This document shows, in pieces, positions 8,808 through 18,014 of a DNA stretch of 64,000 nucleotides. Source of the stretch: a virus. Taxonomy: Duplodnaviria; Caudoviricetes. Under the pieces are notes generated by a model. It saw nothing but the letters and a program-made list of their open reading frames with translations, was not told the origin of the DNA and made no database searches. A program made the position numbers and the translations under genes. The stretch spans positions 1 to 64,000 of the IMG/VR virus record IMGVR_UViG_3300006056_000027; one strand, written 5' to 3'. Numbering within the stretch: the stretch's first letter is position 1; the number at the start of each line of letters is the position of its first letter.

Positions 8808-9490
8808 TATTGTATAGAGAGTCCCATACTACGGTAATTAAAACCTGTGCTATCGTTCTCTATTCATGAGGTGTATAAGGTTTGGCCATTGTGACCTGTA
8901 AAATTGCCTTATTACATAACATAGGGTTCATATGTTGCCACTTAAAACAAAGGACGTGAGTGCCTTTGTAAGTTCCTGTGCCCTTCCACCTATTGCTTCT
9001 GGCGATATGAGTCACACCCAAGTGTGTTTAAGAGATCAGTGGCGCTAATTTAAGAGTTTGTTATGAAAATGGAAAAATTAATACCGCTTTATGACGAATT
9101 CTACGAGTCGGTTTGTAAAGTATCAGAAGATATTGATCCTCATAATAATCATAATTGGTCTTCATTGTCTATTGGCTGGGCTCTTGCTAAAGGATTGAAT
9201 CCTGAAGATGCTCTTCAATTTGCACAATATGCAAGGTTTACTAAGTATTATGAAAAGAGTTAAGAGTTTCTTTAAGTGTGTTAAAACAACACAAGATCAT
9301 ACGCTAAGAAGAACCGATTCTGCTATTTTAATTAAGGTATTTTATACAGTATCTTATGATAATAATAAATCTACTACGTCATGTGTCTCTGTTAGATGTG
9401 CTGAACAAGATTTAGTTTCTAATAGAAAAGAAATTGCTGATCAATTAAGATCTGCAAGAAAGTTATTGCGTAGTAAATTAAAAAATTAAT

Positions 9491-9561
9491 ATCCCATCCA
9501 ATGGAAGGCTTGATGCATACGAAGCATTGAATAACAGGTTCGAATCCTGTATGGGGTTCCA
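9491..9561 (+). tRNA. Atypical tRNA-Arg(ACG) with truncated D arm
   Basis: ATCCCAT/ATGGGGT-T-CCA, loop ATACGAA, canonical T arm, 7-bp anticodon stem. Confidence 0.6.
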
Positions 9562-9649
9562 GTAAAGCCTTAGATAGTCTCAATATAGAACAAGTTGACC
9601 ACCCATTTCTGGAAGCAGTCATCCCTGTATACTTTCTAAGCATTAATTT

Positions 9650-9726
9650 CAGTATGTCGGATAGCGGCAATTCCGCCACGTTTGGGACGTGGTTTATCGA
9701 AGGTTCGAGTCCTTCCATACTGACCA
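9650..9726 (+). tRNA. tRNA-Pro(TGG)
   Basis: Loop TTTGGGA, CCA. Confidence 0.92.
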
Positions 9727-9925
9727 AGTTTTATAATTCGTAAAGAGCATTGTATGAAATGGGCCACGGCATTATCGGGCCTTCATACTCGGACGGCAAA
9801 TCTATATGCAGGTTTGTATACAGGACACGTAATGAGAGATTATTCTCGTGAGGGTGGAACCCGAACCTCAAAGCTAAGGGGTCGCTGCTACTGTGTAATT
9901 ATAAATTATTTAAAAGAGATCCATT

Positions 9926-10108
9926 ATGGACGATACAGATTTATATAATGAAGCTTTAAATGATCTTGTTGATGAATGGCATGAAAGCGATTCAGTTCAA
10001 GAACTTTATGAGTATATTGGCATGACTTGGGAAGAATATTCTGATTGGGTCTATGACTCTAATGATATTCCTGATCGCATTAAGGATCTTATTGATCAAT
10101 TCTCATAA
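9926..10108 (+). CDS. Small acidic hypothetical protein
   Basis: DEWHES...LYEYIGMTWEEYSDWV pattern common in phages. Confidence 0.6.
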   Translation: MDDTDLYNEALNDLVDEWHESDSVQELYEYIGMTWEEYSDWVYDSNDIPDRIKDLIDQFS

Positions 10109-11086
10109 GGAGGCATTCATAGTGAATGAATTGCACCAATTAAGACTCGTAGTAAGAGCTACTCTTGCTAGTGAAGAACTTAAGAATGAAATTGTTATGG
10201 ATTTAATCAAAACTAAATTATTGCATGATTGCATTTATTTTGGTGGAGAAGATTCTATAATTGTGTACTTTAAAAAACTTTCTCAAAGTAATATTGATTA
10301 TATTATTTCAGAATTTGAAGATTCTAAGTTTGTTAAATTAGAATTTGGCGTAAATAACGACTATGTAAAAATAGTTATTGATAAAACCGTAGAGGTGTCA
10401 AATGGCGAAGTTAAAAACTAATACTCTTAGAGATATTAATTTAGCGGCTAGAACTATTGTTAATGCTGATAAAGCTTTAACTGTTATTCTTAAACACTTA
10501 TCAAATTTTAAGTCTGCTAAGACTAAAAAAGAAACCACTACTACGGAATAATCTTCATCATGTGTAAACCTGTTGTAGAATATCATTGTAATAAACTTCC
10601 TGCTCCTACGCTTAATGTAGGAGAATCTGCCTATATATTCCCAGCGGAATTAATGATCAGAGAAGATGATAATGTTGTTCAAAGAAAATATGGCTTAACT
10701 AAGACTGATGAGATTGTATTTGTCAATCCTGAAGATGGTTCATTTGAAACTTTTTCAGTACGATATGTTTTAGTAAGCAAGTAAAGAGCAGACTGTTTGT
10801 AGGTTTAACGCATTAACCTTCTAGATAAAGATGTTTCCTAGGACATCGCATTGAATCTCTACTAGGAGCTAATTTTGGTAATACTGATTCTATTAGGTAT
10901 TTAATTTATATTAGAGCTAGTCTGGTCTCTATATAGGTATTACTATAAAATAATCTCATAAGAATACTACTTATGAGCGGGAAAAACTCTACATAAGACG
11001 ATACGATGTAGGAATTCGTGGGAGTTAGAAGCCACAGTATAAGTCTCTATACTAAACTGGATTGACAGATGAGGCACTATTTCTAT

Positions 11087-11161
11087 TCTGTGTAGCCCGC
11101 AAGGTGCGGGAGAATGCTGTTAACATTCCATAGCTTGGTTCGATTCCAAGGCGCAGAGCCA
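11087..11161 (+). tRNA. tRNA-Asn(GTT)
   Basis: Loop CTGTTAA, G73-CCA. Confidence 0.9.
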
Positions 11162-11317
11162 ATTTTGTAGTATGTGACATGATTCGTAGTAATACGGCCT
11201 AGGTGGATTCCAAAATCATACTACACTGGAGGGCAGGTAAGCATTCCCGATCTAGATTAAGTTCTAGTGAGGCGCTCCTGTCTAAAGAAGCAGCTATGCT
11301 CTAAATAGCACTAATTC

Positions 11318-11393
11318 GGGAATGTAGTTTAGTCGGTTAAAATACAGGATAATAATCCAGGAGCCAGTGGTTCGAATCCACTCTTTCCCACCA
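11318..11393 (+). tRNA. tRNA-like gene, undetermined anticodon (6-nt loop)
   Basis: Good D and T arms and CCA; anticodon loop TAATAA. Confidence 0.65.
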
Positions 11394-11397
11394 TAAT

Positions 11398-11473
11398 GAT
11401 TGAGTAGCTTAGCAGGTAGAGCAAAGGTGGTTATACATCTTCTGCGCTGGTTCGATCCCAGCCTCTTTCGCCA
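11398..11473 (+). tRNA. tRNA-like gene, undetermined anticodon (6-nt loop)
   Basis: D and T arms, CCA; loop GTTATA; two acceptor mismatches. Confidence 0.6.
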
Positions 11474-11706
11474 ATTTTAATCGTAAGTGCTCCCAAGGGT
11501 AAAAGGAATCCCCGTTCATATAAATATCTTATGTCAGGCTGTAATGACAGGACACAGAGAACAGCTACGATTAAATCAACTTAAAAACAGAAGGTAATAT
11601 AGAATGTCAAAAACAGCTAGTGGTATTAGTGGCTACGTTTATACAGCTAAAAGTATTGGTGATTCATTTCAACCATTTTATCGGTTTACTCAGAAATAAA
11701 AGAATT

Positions 11707-11776
11707 CGGAAGGTAGCTCAGTTGGTAGAGCGGGACATAGCAGTCCGCGTCGATGGTTCGAATCTATCCCTTCCGA
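11707..11776 (+). tRNA. tRNA-like gene, shortened anticodon arm
   Basis: Canonical TAGCTCAGTTGGTAGAGC D arm and T arm; GGAC-ATAGCA-GTCC anticodon arm; no CCA. Confidence 0.6.
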
Positions 11777-11786
11777 CAAATTAAAT

Positions 11787-11857
11787 GGCTTGCGATCTGG
11801 GATTAAGAAGGTCTCCAACACCATCTGTGCGCGGTTCGATTCCGTGGCGGGCCGCCA
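11787..11857 (+). tRNA. tRNA-Trp(CCA), short D arm
   Basis: Loop CTCCAAC, G73-CCA. Confidence 0.75.
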
Positions 11858-11874
11858 AATAACCAAGGAACGTT

Positions 11875-12237
11875 ATGACAATTAATATTAAGCCTAAGTT
11901 TATTGCTCTAGAAGGCTTTAAAGAATGGATTGAAAATGCTTTTGACTTATTCCGTAGAGAATATGCTGAAGAATTAGAAAGTTCAATTCCAACACAAATT
12001 GATAGTGAAAACATTTTTAAATACTTATTAACTCCAATGCATGCGTCACATTTTAATGATGTCACTCAAATTGGTACAAGCTGCATTATGGTAGCTTATG
12101 ATGATAAGATTTCTATGGTTTCATTTGGTAATGATGGTTTGTTTATTTATAAGAATGAACATCTATCTGGTTATAATAAAGATTTTGATCCTTCTATTAA
12201 AAAAGAAGAAACTTCAAAACTGTTATTGCCTACTTAA
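11875..12237 (+). CDS. Hypothetical protein
   Basis: ORF with SD AAGGA. Confidence 0.55.
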   Translation: MTINIKPKFIALEGFKEWIENAFDLFRREYAEELESSIPTQIDSENIFKYLLTPMHASHFNDVTQIGTSCIMVAYDDKISMVSFGNDGLFIYKNEHLSGYNKDFDPSIKKEETSKLLLPT

Positions 12238-12244
12238 GAATTTT

Positions 12245-12320
12245 GCTCGCTTAGCTCAGTTGGTAGAGCGCCATCTTTACACGGTGGATGTCGTCAGTTC
12301 GACTCTGACAGTGAGTACCA
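12245..12320 (+). tRNA. tRNA-Val(TAC)
   Basis: Loop TTTACAC, CCA. Confidence 0.93.
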
Positions 12321-12357
12321 TTTACAATGTCACATGTTTACATGTGTACCAAAATAC

Positions 12358-12465
12358 GGGGAAGACGCCCATCGGGGGCATCTACTGACTCTAAACTTTT
12401 TACTTCTTGATTGATTGCAAATTAAAGTCATACATCTAAAAGTTCAACTCTTTTCTTCCCCACCT
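12358..12465 (+). ncRNA. tRNA-like / permuted Y RNA chimera 2
   Basis: GGGGAAG/CTTCCCC acceptor, D arm, T arm AAAAG-TTCAACT-CTTTT, internal GATTGCAA...TACATC module. Confidence 0.62.
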
Positions 12466-12471
12466 AATTAT

Positions 12472-12543
12472 ACTGTGTTCATATAGTGGTTATTATGCCA
12501 GGCTGTCTACTTGGTCACAGGGATTCGAATTCCCTACGCGGTG
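12472..12543 (+). tRNA. tRNA-Asp(GTC)
   Basis: Loop CTGTCTA, G73; CCA not encoded. Confidence 0.8.
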
Positions 12544-12610
12544 CATTCCAGCTTATTGATGTCCTATCAGTAAACTAATAAAATCAGAATTTATTAGTAA
12601 GATATAGCAA

Positions 12611-13234
12611 ATGAAAATATTGTTTTTAACTGGTGCTGGACTTAGTGCCAATGCAGGTTTGCCTACTTATCGTGGGCCTGACGGTGTTTATACAAACACT
12701 GATTTTAAGATAGAAGATTTCCTTACTTTCAAAAACTATAAAGCCAATACTGATGTTGTCAGGGCTTATATGGAAGATATGAGAAAGAAGTTCTCTGGAG
12801 TTCCACCTTCTGATTGGCATACTTATATTGCATCTCTTCAGAAGGATCATGACGTTCTTGTAGTTACCCAGAACATTGATGGTTTACATCAGGCTGCTGG
12901 ATCTAAGAATGTTGTGGAGCTTCATGGGAATGCTCACAATCTTATTATTAGGGATGGTATTGAAACTCCTGATATTGTATTTTTTGGTGATCACATTAGT
13001 AATGATAAAATGTGGCACATTTATAGATGGGAAAATAATGAAGACATAGATCTTTGTATTATTATTGGAACATCAATGCAATTTGGTTATCTGTATGAGA
13101 TAGGATACATGGGCAAGAAAGTTATACTTGTAGACAAAGATCCTAATCATCCTTGCGCTTCTTCTGTTGATTATGTTTATCAAAACATTACAGAAATTGC
13201 TACTCATATTAAATATGGATTAACCTATGTATGA
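12611..13234 (+). CDS. Sir2/CobB-like NAD-dependent deacylase
   Basis: TGAGLSANAGLPTYRG, TQNIDGLH, ELHG, PDIVFFG, IGTS. Confidence 0.92.
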   Translation: MKILFLTGAGLSANAGLPTYRGPDGVYTNTDFKIEDFLTFKNYKANTDVVRAYMEDMRKKFSGVPPSDWHTYIASLQKDHDVLVVTQNIDGLHQAAGSKNVVELHGNAHNLIIRDGIETPDIVFFGDHISNDKMWHIYRWENNEDIDLCIIIGTSMQFGYLYEIGYMGKKVILVDKDPNHPCASSVDYVYQNITEIATHIKYGLTYV

Positions 13235-13772
13235 AATTCCTGAAGAAGGTTTATTGTTAGATAGGTATTTTAGACCTGCTACATATCAAAAGATTCTTGA
13301 TCTTATTGGTGATGCTTCTTGGAAGTTTGGATGGAAGACATCCAACAATGTTCCTGAATATGTATTTAATTGTACATATGTAAAATGTAATAGAGGTGAC
13401 ACTCACGACATTCAAGACGAATTACCAAATGATACGCTTCGTTTAGTTTGGAAGATTCTTAAAGAAGAATTTGAACTAAAGAAATTGTTAAGATGTTATG
13501 CTAATTTAACTGTACATGGTGTCGATGCATATCCACATGTAGATGTTGAAGAAGACGATGTTCTTACTTTTGTTATTTATATTTGTGATCAATGGGATAT
13601 AGGCTTTGGTGGATCAACTCTTTTATATAATAAGGATACTATTATTAGAGCAGTAAGTCCTAAACCGAATCGTATGCTTGTTTTTCATGGCAAACAATTG
13701 CATTCTGCTACATCTGTTACTAGGATGTGTAGTTTGCCTCGTATCACTTTAATGTTTAAGGCAAGTAAGTAA
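13227..13772 (+). CDS. 2OG-Fe(II) oxygenase
   Basis: HVD...LHSA...R motif. Confidence 0.85.
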   Translation: MYEIPEEGLLLDRYFRPATYQKILDLIGDASWKFGWKTSNNVPEYVFNCTYVKCNRGDTHDIQDELPNDTLRLVWKILKEEFELKKLLRCYANLTVHGVDAYPHVDVEEDDVLTFVIYICDQWDIGFGGSTLLYNKDTIIRAVSPKPNRMLVFHGKQLHSATSVTRMCSLPRITLMFKASK

Positions 13773-14054
13773 ATGAATCTTAATAATTTAAAAGAGGTTA
13801 ATGGCCTTTCTGAAGCTCTTCGTATAACTGAAAAGGCTATACTTTATTACGATGCATCTTGGAATGATTCTAGATGTAATGGCCCTCATGTTATTAGTTG
13901 TCATCAACAGTTTATGCCTGATGATAAGCAAATTTCTGGCTTTCAGCATGAAGTAATGCCTGATAACGATCTTCGTGCAGCATTTCGTGTTTTCTATACT
14001 AAGCGTAAAATTAACATCTTGAATAGACTTCAAGAGCTTGGTGTAACTGTGTAA
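13773..14054 (+). CDS. Hypothetical protein
   Basis: ORF abutting the upstream gene. Confidence 0.55.
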   Translation: MNLNNLKEVNGLSEALRITEKAILYYDASWNDSRCNGPHVISCHQQFMPDDKQISGFQHEVMPDNDLRAAFRVFYTKRKINILNRLQELGVTV

Positions 14055-14061
14055 GTTTAAT

Positions 14062-14136
14062 GGGACTATAGCCTAGCGGTCAGGCATCTGGCTTTTAACC
14101 AGTCCAAGGTTGGTTCAACTCCAACTGGTCCCACCA
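14062..14136 (+). tRNA. tRNA-Lys(TTT)
   Basis: Loop CTTTTAA, CCA. Confidence 0.9.
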
Positions 14137-14191
14137 TTTCCCGATCACATATCGTGATCATTTTTATTAACCTATAAAAAGGTAATTTTTT

Positions 14192-16123
14192 ATGAGCGGT
14201 GCTATCCCTCAAATCCCTCAATCTTCGTATTACAAAGTAACTCAAGTCAATGGCAAACCTGCTTTTGTACTTCATGATAATTCTTTCCGTTATCTGCTTG
14301 TGAACAATTTTGATATTTTAAATAAAACAGTTATTCATGATGATGATACTGATGCAGTAAAGCGTGAAAAGAACAAGATTATGATACCTGTCGATGCTTT
14401 TATTGAAATGTTTGTAAAGGCTGCTGCAGATGCTTATGCTCATGGTGGTTTAATTTCTGTTTTGCACATGGTTGATTTAACTCAGCGTACAAGTGATACC
14501 AGTTTAAGCTATATCAATTATGATGAAATTTACACCTTAGAAGAATCTTTGGAAGATGATAAGGTTTCTACTGAAGACAAAGTAAAGAACTCTGCTCAGT
14601 TAGAAGTTTATTACAAAGAACGTTCTAATCTTCGTTTGGCTTTTATTGCACTTGCTAATTACTGTATTGAAATTGCATATATCAACCTTGTTGCTTTATT
14701 AGCAAAATTTGATAAAGACGAACCTTTATCTTTCATGGAGCTGCTCACAGTTGCTCGTGAAAAACGTGGTTCTCCATTGGCAATTGAAATTAAAGATGGC
14801 CATAAAGTTATTTCCAATTTACTTCGTGCAACTTTAGAAAGTAGTGCCTTTACTGGTCCATATATTCAGCTTACTTATACTGCTTATTACCATGACGGTA
14901 CTAGCTTTAATGCTAAGCAAGTTCAAAGTACCATTGATGGCTATGATGACTTAATGCAGCCTAGTCAAGCTGGTTTAAGCGTTCCAACGCAAGAGTTGAA
15001 AGATAAACTTATTGCTCGTGCAAATTTATATATCAAATACACTGGTAATGGTCCTTACTATGCAAGAAATACTGGTGTAATTATTCAAGATCGTGGTTGG
15101 TTCATTGCTAAGTTTAATGGCACTGGTCGTGTAATGATTGATACTACTGGTATGCGTGTTTCTATGCCTAACTACAGCAAGTATTGGCCACAAGGCAGCA
15201 TGCATAATCAAGACAATGGTAGCAGCAATCGTAGCAAAGGTAAGCATGCTCATGAGTTAAGTGATACTCATAAATATGCATTGACTCCATTTATCTATGG
15301 TTTCTCTTTTGTGTCAAAAGTGTGGGGCGAATTAGTTGTAGAAAACATTGGCGAAATTTCATTCCGTAACGATGCGTATGACAAACTTGTTCTTGATAGT
15401 GATACTAAAGGCTTAGTACGTGCTCTTGTAGATAATACAATTGGTGGTGCTGAAAAAGACTTTATTGACAACAAAGGTGGTGGTTGTATCTTCTTGTTAG
15501 AAGGTGTTCCTGGAACTGGTAAAACCTTAACTGCAGAATCTGTTGCTGAAACATTGCAACGTCCTCTGTATTTGGTTGGTGTTGGTGAACTTGGTACTAA
15601 CGTTGTTGAGCTTGAAGAAAACTTGAAGCGTGTATTAGATATTGCATCTGCATGGAATGCTGTGTTATTATTAGACGAAGCAGATATCTTTATGGAACAA
15701 CGGTCAGAAATGGACGTTGAACGTAATGCAATGGTAAGTATTTTCTTACGGTTGCTTGAATACTATCAAGGTATTATGTTCCTGACTACGAACAGAGCTG
15801 ATAATATTGACCAAGCTTTTTACTCACGTATTAGTTTAGCAATTAACTATCCAGACCTTAACGTTCAAAGTCGTTCAATCATTTGGACTAACATCCTTAG
15901 CCTTTACTCGAAAGAGTTCGATACCTCTACGGTTGATATTGCTGTTCTTGCAAACCATGACATCAATGGTCGTCAGATTAAAAATGCCTGTCGTATCGTA
16001 TCTGCATTAGCCCGTTATCACAAACGTGAGCCAAGAATGTCAGATTACATCATGATCTTAGATCGTATGGGCAAGTTTGTTAAACCAAGCGGTACAGTTA
16101 AAGCATTGCCTTTAGCTGCATAA
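14192..16123 (+). CDS. AAA+ ATPase
   Basis: Walker A GVPGTGKT, Walker B LLLDEAD, FLTTNR, SRH AFYSRI. Confidence 0.9.
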   Translation: MSGAIPQIPQSSYYKVTQVNGKPAFVLHDNSFRYLLVNNFDILNKTVIHDDDTDAVKREKNKIMIPVDAFIEMFVKAAADAYAHGGLISVLHMVDLTQRTSDTSLSYINYDEIYTLEESLEDDKVSTEDKVKNSAQLEVYYKERSNLRLAFIALANYCIEIAYINLVALLAKFDKDEPLSFMELLTVAREKRGSPLAIEIKDGHKVISNLLRATLESSAFTGPYIQLTYTAYYHDGTSFNAKQVQSTIDGYDDLMQPSQAGLSVPTQELKDKLIARANLYIKYTGNGPYYARNTGVIIQDRGWFIAKFNGTGRVMIDTTGMRVSMPNYSKYWPQGSMHNQDNGSSNRSKGKHAHELSDTHKYALTPFIYGFSFVSKVWGELVVENIGEISFRNDAYDKLVLDSDTKGLVRALVDNTIGGAEKDFIDNKGGGCIFLLEGVPGTGKTLTAESVAETLQRPLYLVGVGELGTNVVELEENLKRVLDIASAWNAVLLLDEADIFMEQRSEMDVERNAMVSIFLRLLEYYQGIMFLTTNRADNIDQAFYSRISLAINYPDLNVQSRSIIWTNILSLYSKEFDTSTVDIAVLANHDINGRQIKNACRIVSALARYHKREPRMSDYIMILDRMGKFVKPSGTVKALPLAA

Positions 16124-16128
16124 GCTTA

Positions 16129-16151
16129 ATAGCGGGTACTTTGCCCGCTAT
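16129..16151 (+). terminator. Hairpin after AAA gene
   Basis: ATAGCGGG/CCCGCTAT stem; weak U tract. Confidence 0.45.
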
Positions 16152-16193
16152 GTATTCCACGAATAGCTGAGATGGATTAGCTATAATGATTTT

Positions 16194-16269
16194 GCCTTCC
16201 AAGCTAACTTAGTAGAAGCGACTGACTGAAAATCAGTAGGATGTGGAGCGTAACCACAGGTCGGCACCA
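16194..16269 (+). tRNA. tRNA-Phe(GAA), divergent
   Basis: ACTGA-CTGAAAA-TCAGT; atypical T loop AGCGTAA; CCA. Confidence 0.8.
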
Positions 16270-16286
16270 TATATAAGAATCAATGT

Positions 16287-16637
16287 ATGAAGTGTAAATT
16301 TCATAAATGTGAAAATGAAGCCAGGGAAAACTCCTATAAAGGCCATATTCCATTATATTGTTCTAAATCTTGCAAAACAAAAGATGCAGTAAATGCACAT
16401 AGGCAACGCAGAAAACAGTTGTTTGTAGATTATAAAGGCGGCAAGTGTCAGTGCTGTGGATATAATAAAACAATTGCAGCACTACAGTTTCATCATCTTG
16501 ATCCAACTCAAAAAGATTTTGAATTAAGTCGTGCCGTAACAGTTGCCTTTGAAGTTGCTAAGCCAGAATTAGATAAATGTATTCTTGTATGTGCTAATTG
16601 TCATGTAGAAATTCATCAGGGTCTTATCTTAATCTGA
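16287..16637 (+). CDS. HNH endonuclease
   Basis: GGKCQCCGY...LQFHH...LVCANCHVEIH. Confidence 0.88.
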   Translation: MKCKFHKCENEARENSYKGHIPLYCSKSCKTKDAVNAHRQRRKQLFVDYKGGKCQCCGYNKTIAALQFHHLDPTQKDFELSRAVTVAFEVAKPELDKCILVCANCHVEIHQGLILI

Positions 16638-16697
16638 AAAGCTTGAGAGATTGGCTCGATACCAATTTTGTGGACCAATTTATTACAATATGCTGTG

Positions 16698-16771
16698 GTG
16701 GTCTTATCCTAATGTAAGGACCCTCCCTGTGAAGGAGGTATATGACAGGTCGAGTCTGTCAGGCCACACCA
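16698..16771 (+). tRNA. tRNA-His(GTG)
   Basis: Loop CTGTGAA, CCA, upstream G available as G-1. Confidence 0.88.
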
Positions 16772-16779
16772 ATCTTATC

Positions 16780-16920
16780 GGGGATGTAGCTCAGTCGGTA
16801 GAGCAGCCGTTTAAACAAAGCGACTCATAGCTTTTTACTCATACTTTGTATGTTGCAAATATAAGTCTTACTTCTAATCCACACAGTTGGTCATTGGTTC
16901 GAATCCAATCTTCCCCACCA
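16780..16920 (+). ncRNA. tRNA-like / permuted Y RNA chimera 3 (CCA end)
   Basis: Canonical D and T arms, GGGGATG/CTTCCCC-A-CCA, internal GTTGCAA...TTACTTC module. Confidence 0.78.
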
Positions 16921-17019
16921 ATTTTGTAATCATTATTTTATGAAATCTGTTATTTGTAATCGTTTCTAGATTCTTTTATACGTTTTTATATTATTGTGAT
17001 CGTTTATATAGATTTTATT

Positions 17020-17523
17020 ATGGCTAATGTTATTTATCCTCCTACTTCTTTATTACAAGCTCGTAGTTCTATTCGCTGGGTTTCGCTATTCTTAGCTGGC
17101 TCAATTGAAATGGGTTCTGCTGAACCTTGGCAAGATGAAGTTATATCTTTACTGTCTGATCATAAAGATTTGACCATATTTAATCCTAGACGTGCTGATT
17201 GGGATTCTTCTTGGAAACAAGAAATTGGCAATCCTCATTTTAAAGAACAAGTCACATGGGAATTAAATGCCTTAACTGCATCTGATGTTGTTGTGTTTTA
17301 CTTTGATGGTAATACTAAGTCTCCAATATCAATGTTTGAATTAGGATTGATGGCTGCATTTAGTTACTATAAAAAGATCCTTGTTTACTGTCCAGATGTA
17401 TTCTGGCGCAAAGGTAATATTGATATAGTTTGTGAAAGATATCATATTCCTGTTTATTCTGATAAATCTGAATTTATGACTAATCTTAAAGATCTTATTG
17501 ATAATTTTGAGATTGATTTATAA
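17020..17523 (+). CDS. Nucleoside 2-deoxyribosyltransferase-like protein
   Basis: LFLAGSI...FNPRR...QVTWE...SPISMFELG. Confidence 0.8.
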   Translation: MANVIYPPTSLLQARSSIRWVSLFLAGSIEMGSAEPWQDEVISLLSDHKDLTIFNPRRADWDSSWKQEIGNPHFKEQVTWELNALTASDVVVFYFDGNTKSPISMFELGLMAAFSYYKKILVYCPDVFWRKGNIDIVCERYHIPVYSDKSEFMTNLKDLIDNFEIDL

Positions 17524-17676
17524 ATGAAGAAAATGCTAAAAAGATTTTATGACAAATCTCTGAATGCTTTACTTCTAGTGTATGGATTTACACTATTCTG
17601 TGCGGCATTTACGGTTTGGTACATCGCTGTGAAACTTGGATTTAAAGTCCGTGCTTCAAGCGGTTAATGTTTATTG

Positions 17677-17756
17677 GGGCTGTGGGACTGCTGGGAGTGG
17701 TCACCTGATTTGCAATCAGGCTAAGCAGATCGGTTCGAATCCGATACGGTCCACCA
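17677..17756 (+). tRNA. tRNA-Ala(TGC)
   Basis: G3:U70 pair, loop TTTGCAA, CCA; followed by a 3' tRNA fragment at ~17763-17790. Confidence 0.9.
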
Positions 17757-18014
17757 TATTTTGAGAGTTCGATTCTCCATTGGTCCACCAATTTATAGAT
17801 ACAATCTATGCAAACTTTTAAAATGATTCGTATTCATTATACCGACAAGAAAAGATTTTATGAGGAATTTGCGAAAGCTTATCCAGAAGAAGATCAGAAT
17901 CCTAGATTAGTAGGATGGCCTTGGCGTATTAGTGATCCACTTATCTTTCTTTATTATGTTCCAACTGAATTTCAATTTATTTGAAATTAAATTTAAATAC
18001 CCTGAAGGAAAATT

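Larger units (their letters stand above)
16157..16677 (+). mobile_element. HNH endonuclease + replacement tRNA-Phe cassette inside a disrupted tRNA-Phe
   Basis: 5' half CCACGAA + D arm (16157-16181) and 3' half CTGAAAA...TTTGTGG-A-CCA (16634-16677) flank a second tRNA-Phe and the HNH gene. Confidence 0.8.

Noticed and set aside
11228-11302. SRP RNA-like segment (CAGG...GAAGCAGC)
   Set aside because: The two motif halves are too far apart to form the conserved SRP helix with its tetraloop.
12098-12388. ORF-track ORFs overlapping tRNAs (also 6150-6377, 9419-9727, 14066-14275, 18761-18979, and the 5' part of 21219-21962)
   Set aside because: They run through tRNA genes and are shadow ORFs.
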